From positions 59,333 to 123,332 of the forward strand of contig JAJFJZ010000019.1 of the NCBI GenBank assembly GCA_021773565.1: a DNA stretch of 64,000 bases, in the 5' to 3' direction. Shown piece after piece: positions 41,710 through 55,072 of this stretch (position 1 is the stretch's first letter; the number at the start of each line of letters is the position of its first letter). The translations under genes and the position numbers were made by a program. This DNA comes from Gammaproteobacteria bacterium. Lineage in GTDB: Bacteria > Pseudomonadota > Gammaproteobacteria > Pseudomonadales > Azotimanducaceae. The notes below the pieces were generated by a model that saw nothing but the letters and a program-made list of their open reading frames with translations, was not told where the DNA came from and made no database searches.

Positions 41710-43821
41710 TTAAATATCGGTATCCGCTTTTTTTGCCTCAGCGTTTGATTTGGTTTTGGATTTTGCTTTGGCTTTTGCTTTGGCCTTTGGTTTAGCCTTG
41801 GTCTTGACTTCGGCCTTCACTTTAGCCTTGCTACCTGCAGCTTTGCTCGCGGTTTTTCCATTGCCGTCGGGGCTCCTTAACGCAGAATCTGAAGCACCCA
41901 GAAGGTCTAGCAGCAGTGTATTCAGTCGCGATACATAAGCAGACGGATCTTCCAACTGGCCACCGTCACTCAAGGAAGCCTGATCAAACAATATGTGCGT
42001 AAGTTCCGAGAAGCGGTCTTCATCCGATTCTGAATCGAGTCGGTCGATTAGAGGATGTGTCGGATTAAGCTCAAAATTAGGCCTGGATTCAGGCGTGCCC
42101 TGACCGGCAGCCTCCATTATTTTGCGCATTTGCGCGCCCATGTCATTTTGTCCTAACACCAGGCATGAGGGAGAGTCAGTCAATCGGGTAGATAAGCGCA
42201 CAGTACCCACCTGATCACCTAATACAGACTTAACACGCTCGGTAAGGCCTTCCGATACACCTCGCTGGTCGTCTTTCTTGTCGGCGTCAGTTTCCAGATC
42301 CAGTTCACCACGCATGACGTCCTGAACCGGTTTACCGTCAAACTCGGTCAATGTAGACATCAACCATTCATCCACCCGATCATACATTACCAGCACTTCA
42401 ATATTGCGCTTGGCAAAAATTTCCAGATGAGGGCTGCGACTTGCGGTCTTGTAATTTTCACCGGTAATGAAATAAATTTTTTCCTGATCTTCTGACATTC
42501 GGCTAACATAATCCTCGAGGGATACAGTTTGCTTTTCGTCATTTTTATGGGTCGATGCAAAGCGCAATAGCTTCGAGATGCTTTCGCGGTTGGAAAAGTC
42601 TTCCGATGGCCCTTCTTTCAACACCTGACCAAATTCATCCCAGAAAATCTGGTAATCGTCCGCTTTGTTAGAAGACATTTTCGTTAGCGTTGAAAGCACA
42701 CGTTTAGTCAGGGCATTCTTAATGCTGGTCACGCGCTCGTCTTCCTGAAGAATCTCCCGGGAGATATTCAATGGCAAATCGTTACTGTCGATAATGCCCT
42801 TCACAAAACGCAGGTACAAAGGCAGGAACTGCTCGGCGTCATCCATAATAAAAACGCGTTGGACATACAACTTTAAGCCCCGTGGAGTATCCCGGTTCCA
42901 CATATCAAACGGCGCTCGTTTTGGTATGTACAACAGGCTGGTGTATTCCAGCTTGCCTTCCACCCTGTTGTGACTCCACTGCAAGGGCGCTTCATAATCG
43001 TGGGAAATATGCTTGTAGTGTTCGTGATACTCCTCATCCTTGATATCTGTACGCTTGCGTGTCCAGAGTGCCTTCGCTTCATTGACAGCTTCAAATTGGC
43101 GTACGGTTTCGATTGCATCCTTATCGTCGTCTTCGTCGGAGGAAGCGGCGGGTTCCGCCTCAAGCATTTTCACAGGAACTGCAATGTGGTCAGAGTACTT
43201 GCGTACTATCGAGCGCAAGCGAAAATCGTCAGCAAAATCGAGTGCGTCTTCCTTAAGATGTAATATAATTTCCGTACCGCGCTGGGCTTTTGAGATGCTC
43301 TCAATAGTGAAGGAGTCTTCTCCCTGGGAGATCCAGCACACTGCTTCCTCTGCTGAACAATCTGCGCCGCGCGTGTTTACCTCAACTTTATCTGCGACGA
43401 TAAATGAACTGTAAAAACCCACACCAAACTGGCCAATTAATACCGAATCCCTGGCCTGATCACCGGAAAGGTTAGCCAGAAATTCCGCTGTACCCGATTT
43501 TGCAATGGTACCCAGGTGATCTATAACTTCCTGTTTACTCATTCCGATTCCGTTATCCGATATCGATATTGTTTTGGCTTCAGCGTCAAAGGTTATTTCT
43601 ATTGCCAGTTCTGAATCATCTAAAAGTTTTGGGTTTGCCAGGGCATGAAAGCGTAATTTGTCGATGGCATCGCTGGCATTGGAAATAAGCTCGCGCAAAA
43701 AAATCTCCCGGTTGCTATACAGGGAGTGAATCATCAGGTGAAGCAACTGTTTTGCTTCAGTTTGAAACGAAAATTGTTCGGATGCCGAATCAGATGTTTC
43801 GGGTGTTTTTACTTTGGTCAT
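41710..43821 (-). CDS. htpG: molecular chaperone HtpG (Hsp90) with a roughly 62-aa Lys/Ala-rich C-terminal tail
   Basis: Hsp90 signature [27 protein letters not shown], and GQFGVGFYS. The start is taken at ATG 43821 (703 aa). Confidence 0.95.
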   Translation of the reverse strand: MTKVKTPETSDSASEQFSFQTEAKQLLHLMIHSLYSNREIFLRELISNASDAIDKLRFHALANPKLLDDSELAIEITFDAEAKTISISDNGIGMSKQEVIDHLGTIAKSGTAEFLANLSGDQARDSVLIGQFGVGFYSSFIVADKVEVNTRGADCSAEEAVCWISQGEDSFTIESISKAQRGTEIILHLKEDALDFADDFRLRSIVRKYSDHIAVPVKMLEAEPAASSDEDDDKDAIETVRQFEAVNEAKALWTRKRTDIKDEEYHEHYKHISHDYEAPLQWSHNRVEGKLEYTSLLYIPKRAPFDMWNRDTPRGLKLYVQRVFIMDDAEQFLPLYLRFVKGIIDSNDLPLNISREILQEDERVTSIKNALTKRVLSTLTKMSSNKADDYQIFWDEFGQVLKEGPSEDFSNRESISKLLRFASTHKNDEKQTVSLEDYVSRMSEDQEKIYFITGENYKTASRSPHLEIFAKRNIEVLVMYDRVDEWLMSTLTEFDGKPVQDVMRGELDLETDADKKDDQRGVSEGLTERVKSVLGDQVGTVRLSTRLTDSPSCLVLGQNDMGAQMRKIMEAAGQGTPESRPNFELNPTHPLIDRLDSESDEDRFSELTHILFDQASLSDGGQLEDPSAYVSRLNTLLLDLLGASDSALRSPDGNGKTASKAAGSKAKVKAEVKTKAKPKAKAKAKAKSKTKSNAEAKKADTDI
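41725..41856 (-). repeat. low-complexity GCn/AAR codon repeat encoding the KAKxKA tail of HtpG
   Basis: The plus strand is runs of GCTTTTGCTTTGGC / GCCTTTGG / TTAGCCTTG. The encoded peptide is [44 protein letters not shown]. Confidence 0.85.
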
Positions 43822-43900
43822 AATATTGTCCACAACAAAGTCAGGCCAAAACCACACATCGGGTCGGGCCAGATTATAATAATTTAGCTACCTGAACCCC

Positions 43901-43929
43901 TATGTGGGGTGCGCAATACAGAATTCAAG
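43901..43929 (-). promoter_or_regulatory. sigma32 (RpoH) heat-shock promoter of htpG
   Basis: The minus strand reads CTTGAAT-13 nt-CCCCACATA, a close match to the sigma32 consensus CTTGAAA-N13-14-CCCCATnT. It lies about 80 nt upstream of the htpG ATG. Confidence 0.7.
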
Positions 43930-43938
43930 AGCTGGTTG

Positions 43939-44814
43939 TCAGTCCCAGCCGGTAATTTCTGACAAGGCATCCCCAATCTGGGCCAGGCTTTTGACCGTAG
44001 ATACGCCAGCAGCTTCCAGGGCAGCAAACTTCTCAACTGCGGTCCCTGTTCCACCGGAGATAATTGCTCCAGCATGCCCCATACGTTTTCCTGCCGGTGC
44101 TGTAACACCTGCTATATAGGAAACTACCGGTTTGCTTACACTGCTCTTGATAAAAGCGGCTGCTTCCTCTTCGGCGGTGCCGCCGATTTCACCCACCATA
44201 ACGATGGCTTCTGTGAGCGGGTCATTTTCGAACAATTCGAGAATATCTATAAAATGACTGCCGGGAATCGGATCACCCCCTATACCAACGCAGGTACTTT
44301 GTCCGTAACCCTTATCAGTTGTCTGTTTTACAGCTTCATAGGTCAGGGTTCCGGAGCGGGAAACAACACCCACCTTGCCTGGCAAGTGAATTTCGCCTGG
44401 CATGATACCTATTTTGCATTCCCCCGGAGTGATAACTCCAGGACAGTTTGGACCAACAAGCCTGATATTCCGATTATCCAGGGATTCTTTTACCTGCAAC
44501 ATATCCAGTGTAGGAATGCCCTCCGTAATACATACAATGAGCTCAATTCCTGCGCTGGCTGCCTCCAGAATCGAGTCCTTGCAGAATGGCGCTGGAACAT
44601 AGATAACGCTCACGCTTGCACCGGTTTGTGTAACTGCTTCCTGCATGGTGTTAAATACCGGCAAATCCAGATGTCGTGTACCACCTTTTCCCGGCGTCAC
44701 TCCGCCGACCAACTGCGTTCCATAGGCGATGGCGTGTTCGCTGTGCAGGGTTCCCTGGGAACCGGTAAAACCCTGGCAAAGTACTTTGGTGTTCTTGTCT
44801 ATTAGTATACTCAT
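43939..44814 (-). CDS. sucD: succinyl-CoA synthetase alpha subunit
   Basis: GFTGSQGT, and phosphohistidine loop GHAGAII. 291 aa. Confidence 0.97.
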   Translation of the reverse strand: MSILIDKNTKVLCQGFTGSQGTLHSEHAIAYGTQLVGGVTPGKGGTRHLDLPVFNTMQEAVTQTGASVSVIYVPAPFCKDSILEAASAGIELIVCITEGIPTLDMLQVKESLDNRNIRLVGPNCPGVITPGECKIGIMPGEIHLPGKVGVVSRSGTLTYEAVKQTTDKGYGQSTCVGIGGDPIPGSHFIDILELFENDPLTEAIVMVGEIGGTAEEEAAAFIKSSVSKPVVSYIAGVTAPAGKRMGHAGAIISGGTGTAVEKFAALEAAGVSTVKSLAQIGDALSEITGWD

Positions 44815-45980
44815 GCGGCGTCTCCTGCGGCTGCAACGGCCTTAACGGCGGCATCCTTCAGGCTCGTGGCAGCTATGATATTCAGTTTGTTGGCGCGCAG
44901 AATTTCCCTACCCTTCTCGGCATTGTTACCTTCAAATCTGACTATTACGGGAACTTCCACGTTGGCATCCTGAACTGCCGCGATAATTCCCTCAGCTATG
45001 ACAGCACAACTCACAATACCGCCGAAAATATTAACTAAAACTGCTTTAACGTTAGCGTCGGACAGGATTATTTTGAAAGCTTCTGCAACGGCCTCTCTCG
45101 TGGCACCACCACCAACGTCCAGAAAGTTTGCCGGAAAACCGCCCTCCAGCTTCACTAAATCCATAGTGCCCATGGCAAGGCCAGCGCCATTCACCATACA
45201 TCCAATAGTACCGTCCAGTGCAACGTAATTGAGGTTAAATTCGGCTGCTTCCGCTTCCCGGCTGTCTTCCTGGGAAGGATCTGCCATATTTAGTAATGCC
45301 GGCTGGCGATACATTGCATTACCGTCAATGCTCAACTTGGCATCGAGGCAATGCACATTTCCCTCGCCGGTGATCACGAGTGGGTTAACCTCTACCAATG
45401 CACAATCCAGATCGTGGAACAGTCTGGAGAGGTTCAAAAAGAGCTCGGTAAACTGCCTGATCTGCACTCCCTGCAAGCCCAGTTTAAACGCAAGTTCTCT
45501 ACCCTGGTAAGGCTGGGCACCAAGGGCCGGATCAATTACAGCCCGGAGAATTTTATCCGGGGTCTCCTCCGCAACTTTTTCGATTTCTACACCTCCCTCC
45601 GTAGAGGCCATAAATACTACACGGCGAGATGCACGATCAATAACTGCGCCCAGATAAAGCTCGTTAGCAATGTCAGTGCAACTTTCTACATAGAGGGTGT
45701 TTACCGGTTGCCCTTCAGAATCCGTTTGTACCGTCACCATGCGTTTACCCAGCCAGTTACTGGCGAAGGCACGAATATCTTCTGCCGAATCTACCAGCTT
45801 CACACCGCCAGCTTTCCCACGACCACCAGCGTGCACTTGCACTTTTATTACCCATCGCGTGCCACCAATTTTTTCTGTGGCCGCTACCGCTTCATCAGCA
45901 GATTTCACCGCATAGCCTGTCGATACCGGCAAACCAAATTCAGCAAACAATTGCTTGGCCTGGTACTCATGAATATTCAT
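44811..45980 (-). CDS. sucC: succinyl-CoA synthetase beta subunit
   Basis: [12 protein letters not shown] start and an ATP-grasp domain. It overlaps sucD by 4 nt. Confidence 0.97.
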   Translation of the reverse strand: MNIHEYQAKQLFAEFGLPVSTGYAVKSADEAVAATEKIGGTRWVIKVQVHAGGRGKAGGVKLVDSAEDIRAFASNWLGKRMVTVQTDSEGQPVNTLYVESCTDIANELYLGAVIDRASRRVVFMASTEGGVEIEKVAEETPDKILRAVIDPALGAQPYQGRELAFKLGLQGVQIRQFTELFLNLSRLFHDLDCALVEVNPLVITGEGNVHCLDAKLSIDGNAMYRQPALLNMADPSQEDSREAEAAEFNLNYVALDGTIGCMVNGAGLAMGTMDLVKLEGGFPANFLDVGGGATREAVAEAFKIILSDANVKAVLVNIFGGIVSCAVIAEGIIAAVQDANVEVPVIVRFEGNNAEKGREILRANKLNIIAATSLKDAAVKAVAAAGDAA

Positions 45981-46060
45981 AGTGTTTAAATCTCTCTATT
46001 ATTGGTTTGGCAGGTATTACCCCGGGTGGGCTTTGCAAATAGTTCGATAAAGCTGTAAGC

Positions 46061-48717
<2,657 letters not shown>

Positions 48718-48735
48718 GAAAATTCCTTGTAACTT

Positions 48736-51570
48736 TTATCCATAAAGGGCATCCAGTACCAGACGCTCCTGTTGTTCTGTATGTTCCGACATGTGCCCGC
48801 TGGCGGGTGCAGCTGACGCCTCTCGCCCGGCATAGGCCAAATAGAGGTTATCCTTGCAGGTTAGTAATACCCTGCGTGTGTGGTGTTGACTGGAATACCA
48901 GGCGCCCTGGTTTTGCGGTTCTTCCTGACACCATATTACCTCTTTTAAATTTGCATAACGTTTTACTTCTGTAGCAAGTTCCGGTTCAGGATAAGGGTAA
49001 ATCTGCTCCAGCCGCACGATCGCTATATCAACTCGACCATCTTTTCTGCGTTGTTCCAGAAGATCGAAATAAACCTTCCCACTACAAAGCACCAGACGCT
49101 CAACAGCTGAATCTTCCAGCGCATCAATTTCGGGATATACCGGCAAAAATGCCCCTTCGCTTAGTTCCTTTAATGTAGAGACTGCCAATTTGTGGCGCAA
49201 CAGACTCTTGGGTGTCATAACAATCAATGGCTTGCGCAAGGGTCGGATAATCTGTCGGCGTAACATATGAAACATTTGTGCTGGCGTGGTTGGTATGCAT
49301 ACCTGCACGTTATGTTCTGCGCACAGTTGCAAATAGCGCTCAAGCCGGGCGGATGAATGTTCAGGACCCGCGCCTTCGTATCCATGAGGCAGTAATAGTA
49401 CCAGCCCACACAACCTGCCCCATTTGTGCTCACCGCTGGTAATAAACTGGTCGATGACAACCTGCGCACCATTTGCGAAGTCGCCAAACTGTGCTTCCCA
49501 AATAACCAGGGTAGCCGGACGCGTCGTCGCATAACCGTACTCAAAGGCCAGTACCGCTTCTTCGGACAAAAAGGAATCAAACAGGCTAAAACGCGGCGCG
49601 TTGGGAATTTCCGCAAGTGGCACGTAAGGTTCGCCATTTTCCTGGTTATGAAATACCGCATGTCGGTGTGAAAAGGTACCCACCCCGACATCCTGCCCGG
49701 TTAACCGTATGCCATGCCCCTCGGACAGCAGGCTTGCATACGCCATGACTTCCCCAAAGCCCCAGTTGACGGGTGTGTCACCTGAAGCCATTTTGAGTCG
49801 ATCATCCACAACTTTTTGCACCTGACGATGCAACTTGAAACCTTCAGGCACTTTCTCAAGGTTTTTTGCAATCGACTGAAGCTGCTCAAGATCGATGCGC
49901 GTATCGCCGGGAATGGTCCACTCATGCCCTATGTAGGGCTTCCAATCCACGAACAGGCCTTCATTCGGGTCTTCAACAAGACTTAATGCTACGTGTTCTC
50001 CGGATTCAAGGCGATCACGAAAATCTGACATCATATCCATAACGGCTTCAGTCGTGACCGCGCCTTCAGAAATCAAGCGATCTGCATAAAGGGTGCGCGC
50101 AGTTGGGTGCTTTCTAATTTTTGCGTACATCATCGGCTGGGTCTTCATGGGCTCTTCAGCCTCGTTGTGGCCCCGCCGGCGATAACCGATCAGATCAATT
50201 ACTACATCCTTTTTGAACTGCATCCGATAATCTATCGCCACCTGCATCACAAATAATACCGCTTCCGGGTCATCTGCATTTACGTGAAATATCGGTGCCT
50301 GAATCATTTTGGCAATTTCTGAACAATACTCCGTAGAGCGAGCATCCTCCTGTTCACTCATGGTAAAACCAATCTGATTGTTGACAATCACGTGGATGGA
50401 ACCACCGGTTTTAAAGCCCCTTGTCTGGGACATCTGAAACGTTTCCATTACCACACCCTGCCCCGCAAAGGATGCATCACCATGGAGCAATATCGGTAAC
50501 ACTATCGAACCATCCTTGTCCTCCCTTCTATCCTGTCGGGCACGTACCGAACCGACTACCACTGGACAAACTATTTCCAGATGGGAAGGATTAAATGACA
50601 AAGCGAGATGCATCTCACCACCGGGTGTGGTGACATTTGATGAAAAACCCTGATGGTATTTTACATCTCCCGAACCGTGTTCTATCTGGGCTTTTCCTTC
50701 AAATTCATCAAACAGCTCAGCTGGCGTTTTACCCAGGATATTGACCAGTACGTTCAAGCGGCCACGATGCGCCATTCCAATAACCGCCTCAACAATTCCG
50801 TTAGCGCCAGCTCTTTGCAAAGCGTCATGCAACATCGGTATCAGAGATTCACAGCCTTCCAGACCAAAACGTTTGGTACCCGGATATTTATTATGCAGGT
50901 ATTTTTCCAGCCCCTCTGCAGCGGTGAGTCGCTCCAGTATCATATCCTTGGTGTCAGCGCTGAATTTGGGATGGGAGCGTACACTCTCCAGACGTTGCTG
51001 AACCCAGCGCTGTTCTCTCAAATCTATAATATGCATATATTCAGCGCCTACAGAACTACAATAGGTCTGCTCCAGCGCATCCACAATATCTCTCAGTTTG
51101 GCCGCATCCTGGCCGTACACAAAGGAACCGGTAAGGAACTGGGTATCCAGGTCAGCCCCGGAAAGCTTGTGATACTCAATTTCCAACATAGGCGTAGGGG
51201 GGCGAACCATCATATCCAGCGGATCCAGCGAAGCCCGCTTATGACCCCTGTGCCGATATGCGCTTATAAGTTCAGCTACTCGAACCTGCTTGATTTCGTG
51301 CTGGTGCGCCACATCGGTACTAACGGATTCGGGACGTGCCTTAAGGCGGTTTCTGCCTATTAATTCGAAATGCTGCAGAATTGTGCTATGGGGAATGTCA
51401 TATTTCCCGGATCCTGCCACGTCGGGCAAATCCTGAAAGTAGCTCGACCATTCCTCGGGAACGGAACCCGGATCATCCAGAAAAGACTCATATAAGCCTT
51501 CTATATAGGCAACATTCCCACCGGAAAGATGAGAGCTTTTCGCCATTCTTTCCAAAAAACTATCTGTCAT
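48736..51570 (-). CDS. sucA: 2-oxoglutarate dehydrogenase E1 component
   Basis: 944 aa, with the typical SucA N-terminus (SHLSGGNVAYIEGLYESFL) and a ThDP-binding region. Confidence 0.97.
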   Translation of the reverse strand: MTDSFLERMAKSSHLSGGNVAYIEGLYESFLDDPGSVPEEWSSYFQDLPDVAGSGKYDIPHSTILQHFELIGRNRLKARPESVSTDVAHQHEIKQVRVAELISAYRHRGHKRASLDPLDMMVRPPTPMLEIEYHKLSGADLDTQFLTGSFVYGQDAAKLRDIVDALEQTYCSSVGAEYMHIIDLREQRWVQQRLESVRSHPKFSADTKDMILERLTAAEGLEKYLHNKYPGTKRFGLEGCESLIPMLHDALQRAGANGIVEAVIGMAHRGRLNVLVNILGKTPAELFDEFEGKAQIEHGSGDVKYHQGFSSNVTTPGGEMHLALSFNPSHLEIVCPVVVGSVRARQDRREDKDGSIVLPILLHGDASFAGQGVVMETFQMSQTRGFKTGGSIHVIVNNQIGFTMSEQEDARSTEYCSEIAKMIQAPIFHVNADDPEAVLFVMQVAIDYRMQFKKDVVIDLIGYRRRGHNEAEEPMKTQPMMYAKIRKHPTARTLYADRLISEGAVTTEAVMDMMSDFRDRLESGEHVALSLVEDPNEGLFVDWKPYIGHEWTIPGDTRIDLEQLQSIAKNLEKVPEGFKLHRQVQKVVDDRLKMASGDTPVNWGFGEVMAYASLLSEGHGIRLTGQDVGVGTFSHRHAVFHNQENGEPYVPLAEIPNAPRFSLFDSFLSEEAVLAFEYGYATTRPATLVIWEAQFGDFANGAQVVIDQFITSGEHKWGRLCGLVLLLPHGYEGAGPEHSSARLERYLQLCAEHNVQVCIPTTPAQMFHMLRRQIIRPLRKPLIVMTPKSLLRHKLAVSTLKELSEGAFLPVYPEIDALEDSAVERLVLCSGKVYFDLLEQRRKDGRVDIAIVRLEQIYPYPEPELATEVKRYANLKEVIWCQEEPQNQGAWYSSQHHTRRVLLTCKDNLYLAYAGREASAAPASGHMSEHTEQQERLVLDALYG

Positions 51571-51616
51571 GTGTATCCTCTACTAGCTCAGCCTGCCATT
51601 GGGCCTGGCAGATATA

Positions 51617-52321
51617 TCACGTACCCTGAGCCAGGAGCATAGTACGAATTTTACCTATCGCACGCGTAGGATTCAGTCCTTTAGGGCAGACACTCACACA
51701 ATTCATAATGCCTCTGCAACGAAATACGCTAAAGGGGTCATCCAGTTTAGCCAAGCGCTCAACGGTTGCCGTGTCGCGACTGTCTGCCAAAAATCGATAC
51801 GCCTGAAGCAAACCGGCAGGTCCAATAAATTTGTCCGGGTTCCACCAAAAAGATGGACAGGAGGTGGAACAACACGCGCACAGTATGCATTCGTACAAAC
51901 CGTCCAGCTTTTCTCGCTCTTCGGGAGATTGCAGGCGCTCCTGTGCCGGTGGCATCGTATCGTTTTGCAGGTAGGGATCCACTTTTTCGTATTGTGTGTA
52001 AAATTGTTCCATATCCACCACAAGGTCACGCACTACCGGTAAACCGGGCAGGGGCCGTATTTCCAGTGACCCCCTTTTAGCAACCGTTGATACCGGCGTG
52101 ATACAGGCGAGACCATTAGTACCATTCATGTTGATACCATCAGAACCACATACGCCTTCACGACAGGATCGTCTAAAGCTCAGGCTGGTGTCCTGTACTT
52201 TAAGCAGTTCCAGCACGTCCAGCACCATCAGATCCCTGTCCTCTGGCAAATCAAGTTCCATAACCTGCATATAGGGTTTTTCATCCCGATCCGGATCAAA
52301 ACGATAGACGCTGAATTGCAT
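51617..52321 (-). CDS. sdhB: succinate dehydrogenase iron-sulfur subunit
   Basis: Three Cys clusters: CREGVCGSDG, CILCACCSTSCP and CRGIMNCVSVCP. Confidence 0.97.
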   Translation of the reverse strand: MQFSVYRFDPDRDEKPYMQVMELDLPEDRDLMVLDVLELLKVQDTSLSFRRSCREGVCGSDGINMNGTNGLACITPVSTVAKRGSLEIRPLPGLPVVRDLVVDMEQFYTQYEKVDPYLQNDTMPPAQERLQSPEEREKLDGLYECILCACCSTSCPSFWWNPDKFIGPAGLLQAYRFLADSRDTATVERLAKLDDPFSVFRCRGIMNCVSVCPKGLNPTRAIGKIRTMLLAQGT

Positions 52322-52332
52322 TTTTCTAACTC

Positions 52333-54105
52333 CTAATATTTACGAACCGTGGGCTGAAATGTATCTACAAGTTTCGGTTCAAAATTAACGTCTCGTTTAC
52401 CCACCCTTTTCTCCGCAGGGTAGTACATGGAATGGCATAACCAGTTTTCATCATCGCGATCCTGGTAGTCATCCCGCGCGTGCGCGCCCCTGCTCTCTTT
52501 TCTGGCTTCAGCTGCAATGGCTGTTGCCTCGGCAACTTCCATCAAATTATCCAGCTCCAGCGCCTCCAGTCGCGCTGTGTTAAAAGCCATGCTTTTATCA
52601 TCCAGTCGCGCAGCACCAATTCGTTCGCGTAATTCAGCAAGTTTAATTATGCCTTTCTGCATATGCTGCTCGGTGCGGAAAACGCCAAAGCCATTCTGCA
52701 TTGTCGTCTGTAGCTCTTTTTTAAGGTCGGAGACACTTTCACCTTTAGTGGAGCTGTTCCAGCGATCCAGGCGTTGCATTGCTGCCTCAATATCGGACTC
52801 AGATGCTTCTGCCATGCTTGTGCCCTGCTTCAGGACTTCCTCGATATGCAAGCCTGCAGCTCTCCCGAAAACCACCAGATCAAGTAGGGAATTACCGCCA
52901 AGGCGATTTGCTCCGTGTACCGACACACAGGCAACTTCACCCGCAGCGTACAGGCCTTCTATCGCTTGATCGACATCACCAGCTGACCTTTTTATAGCCT
53001 GACCCGTTACCGTGGTGGGAATACCACCCATCTGATAATGACAAGTGGGCACAACGGGAATGGCTTCCTTAATTGGATCTACATGCGCAAATGTGCGTGA
53101 TAACTCCAGTATGCCTGGCAGTTTGCTATTGAGTACCTCTTCACCCAGGTGATCGAGTTTCAAATAGACGTAGTCGGATTCCGGACCTGCGCCACGGCCT
53201 TCCAGAATTTCTATGACCATTGAGCGCGCAACCACATCCCTGCCCGCAAGATCTTTAGCGGTGGGCGCGTAGCGCTCCATAAACCGCTCCCCATCCTTGT
53301 TAACCAGATAGCCACCTTCCCCACGACATCCTTCCGTTACCAGTATTCCAGCTCCTGCAATACCTGTGGGGTGAAACTGCCACATTTCAATATCCTGAAC
53401 GGGAAAACCGGCTCTCAGCGCCATACCGATACCATCACCAGTATTCATCAGGGCATTGGTGGTGGACGCATAAATGCGCCCCGCTCCGCCGGTCGCCAAC
53501 AAGGTCGCCTTTGATTTTATGAACACCAGCTCGCCAGTCTGCATTTCTATCGCCAAAACACCCACCACGTCCTGATTGGCATTTTTAACCAGATCAACGG
53601 CAAACCATTCATTTAAAAAGGTGGTTTTAGCCTTGAGGTTGCCCTGATACAGAGCATGCAGCAGAGCATGCCCAGTACGATCCGCTGCTGCACAGGTTCT
53701 GGCCGCCTGGCCGCCTTTTCCATAATCCTTGGACTGTCCACCAAAAGGCCGCTGATAGATTCGCCCGGATTCCGTTCTGGAAAACGGCAAACCCATGTGT
53801 TCCAGCTCATATACTACCTGCGGGCCAATTTGACACATATACTCAATGGCATCCTGATCACCAATATAGTCCGACCCCTTCACAGTGTCGTACATATGCC
53901 AGCGCCAGTCGTCATCCGGGTCATCACTGGCAATCGCACAGGTTATCCCCCCCTGGGCCGAAACGGTGTGTGATCGAGTTGGAAAAACCTTGCTGATTAC
54001 TGCAGTGTTTAATCCGGACTCCGACAACTGTAACGCGGTACGCATACCGGCGCCGCCACCGCCTACAATCACCCCATCAAACTCCATTGTTCTGATACTT
54101 GCCAT
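52333..54105 (-). CDS. sdhA: succinate dehydrogenase flavoprotein subunit
   Basis: [11 protein letters not shown] motif and SHTVSAQGG (FAD-attachment His). The true start is ATG 54105 (590 aa), just after the sdhD stop; the track ORF extends to 54195. Confidence 0.97.
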   Translation of the reverse strand: MASIRTMEFDGVIVGGGGAGMRTALQLSESGLNTAVISKVFPTRSHTVSAQGGITCAIASDDPDDDWRWHMYDTVKGSDYIGDQDAIEYMCQIGPQVVYELEHMGLPFSRTESGRIYQRPFGGQSKDYGKGGQAARTCAAADRTGHALLHALYQGNLKAKTTFLNEWFAVDLVKNANQDVVGVLAIEMQTGELVFIKSKATLLATGGAGRIYASTTNALMNTGDGIGMALRAGFPVQDIEMWQFHPTGIAGAGILVTEGCRGEGGYLVNKDGERFMERYAPTAKDLAGRDVVARSMVIEILEGRGAGPESDYVYLKLDHLGEEVLNSKLPGILELSRTFAHVDPIKEAIPVVPTCHYQMGGIPTTVTGQAIKRSAGDVDQAIEGLYAAGEVACVSVHGANRLGGNSLLDLVVFGRAAGLHIEEVLKQGTSMAEASESDIEAAMQRLDRWNSSTKGESVSDLKKELQTTMQNGFGVFRTEQHMQKGIIKLAELRERIGAARLDDKSMAFNTARLEALELDNLMEVAEATAIAAEARKESRGAHARDDYQDRDDENWLCHSMYYPAEKRVGKRDVNFEPKLVDTFQPTVRKY

Positions 54106-54110
54106 GCTCG

Positions 54111-54479
54111 CTACAGCCTCCAGATAATATTGAGCGCCCACAGCGTGTATACGATGAGTGCAGTGACACAGGCGAATTGGTAAACAAACCTGCACACCAG
54201 GGCGGCCGCACCAAAATAGTGCTCGCGGATATAGTCAGTTCCAATGGTCCACATCCCGATCCAGGCATGTGCAACAAGCGAGAACAAGGCCATTGTGCTG
54301 AAAATTTGCATGGGCAGGCTTGTGAAATAATGCTTCAATGCCGCATGGTCAACGGTCGACTGGCTAATAAAAAAACCTAAAACACACACCGCATAAGCCA
54401 GCAAGACCACTGCGCTAATCCTTTGCAGGATAAAATCGGAAAGGCCGCTGCGCCCGAAACTTGTAACATTGGTTACCAT
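54111..54479 (-). CDS. sdhD: succinate dehydrogenase membrane anchor subunit
   Basis: [20 protein letters not shown] resembles the E. coli SdhD N-terminus. Three TM helices. Its ATG overlaps the sdhC stop as ATGGTAA. Confidence 0.9.
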   Translation of the reverse strand: MVTNVTSFGRSGLSDFILQRISAVVLLAYAVCVLGFFISQSTVDHAALKHYFTSLPMQIFSTMALFSLVAHAWIGMWTIGTDYIREHYFGAAALVCRFVYQFACVTALIVYTLWALNIIWRL

Positions 54480-54853
54480 AACCATATTCCCGTCAGTGCG
54501 ATGAAGATTATTGAAATAATAACTGTAAGCTGAGCAAACCGTTTGGACGCCTCCAGGCTATCTCCGATGTGAAAATCGAGCAGCAGGTGTTTAACGCCAG
54601 CAACCATGTGATAAATAAGTGCGGCCATAAGCCCCAAAAGAACCAGCTTGCCAAAAATACCCTGCATTGCTGCCACAGCGGCATCAAAACCGGCCGGAGA
54701 CTGCAGCGCCAGATCTGCTACATACAAGAGAAAACCCACCCCCACAAAGAGTATGGCACCGCTTACCCTGTGTAGAATGGAGGCTATTGCCGCGAAAGGC
54801 CATGCAAATCGCAGCAGGTTTATGTCTACAGGACGATCATCATTCATGCTCAT
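54473..54853 (-). CDS. sdhC: succinate dehydrogenase cytochrome b556 subunit
   Basis: A 126-aa, three-TM protein (RPVDINLLRF...HRVSG) preceding sdhDAB. The start is taken at ATG 54853; the track ORF extends to 54928. Confidence 0.9.
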   Translation of the reverse strand: MSMNDDRPVDINLLRFAWPFAAIASILHRVSGAILFVGVGFLLYVADLALQSPAGFDAAVAAMQGIFGKLVLLGLMAALIYHMVAGVKHLLLDFHIGDSLEASKRFAQLTVIISIIFIALTGIWLW

Positions 54854-55010
54854 AGTTTCTTCTTCTATTTTCTTCCTAAAAGAATTTACATTTAGCCGCT
54901 GGCGGTACTTTTCCGTAAACCAGCTCATCAGTGCGACGCCATCGGGATGCCTTATGATAAACGATGCACCAATCCTTCGCCAACAAGATACCCTCTATAT
55001 TCCGCAAAAT

Positions 55011-55039
55011 TTGACAGGCTCCCTGACAGCCGATACTTT
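55011..55039 (+). promoter_or_regulatory. putative sigma70 promoter of gltA
   Basis: TTGACA-17 nt-TACTTT, 34 nt upstream of the gltA ATG, in the divergent sdhC/gltA intergenic region. Confidence 0.4.
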
Positions 55040-55072
55040 GGGCAATCAGTAAACCTACAGGAAAGACAAACC

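Noticed and set aside
44074-44805. Long antisense ORFs lie inside conserved genes: 243 aa opposite sucD, 212 aa opposite sucC (45351-45989), 236 aa opposite sucA (50653-51363), a 205-aa Ser-rich ORF opposite fimV (31862-32479), 167 aa opposite aroC (39792-40295), 171 aa opposite lpdA (46452-46967), 166 aa opposite clpX (14352-14852), and 166 aa opposite the TonB receptor (62402-62902).
   Set aside because: Each is fully embedded antisense to a gene whose translation shows unmistakable family motifs. Their products are low-complexity or compositionally odd (Ser/Cys/Arg-rich), lack RBS support, and are the expected by-product of codon-biased genes.
51592-51610. A small hairpin (CTGCCA-N7-TGGCAG) lies between sdhB and sucA.
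   Set aside because: It has only a 6-bp stem and no U-tract. It could be an RNA processing or attenuation site, as in the E. coli sdh-suc spacer, but the sequence alone does not support a call.
54105-54195. The track gives N-terminally extended ORF starts for sdhA (54195), sdhC (54928), gltA (54947), aroC (40891), htpG (43857), leuB (36566), ppiD (11036), fimV (34248), tgpA (22569) and the LysR gene (38778).
   Set aside because: The extensions overlap upstream genes or lack homology to the family N-termini. Internal ATG or GTG codons with RBS motifs reproduce canonical N-termini, so I do not treat the extensions as novel domains.
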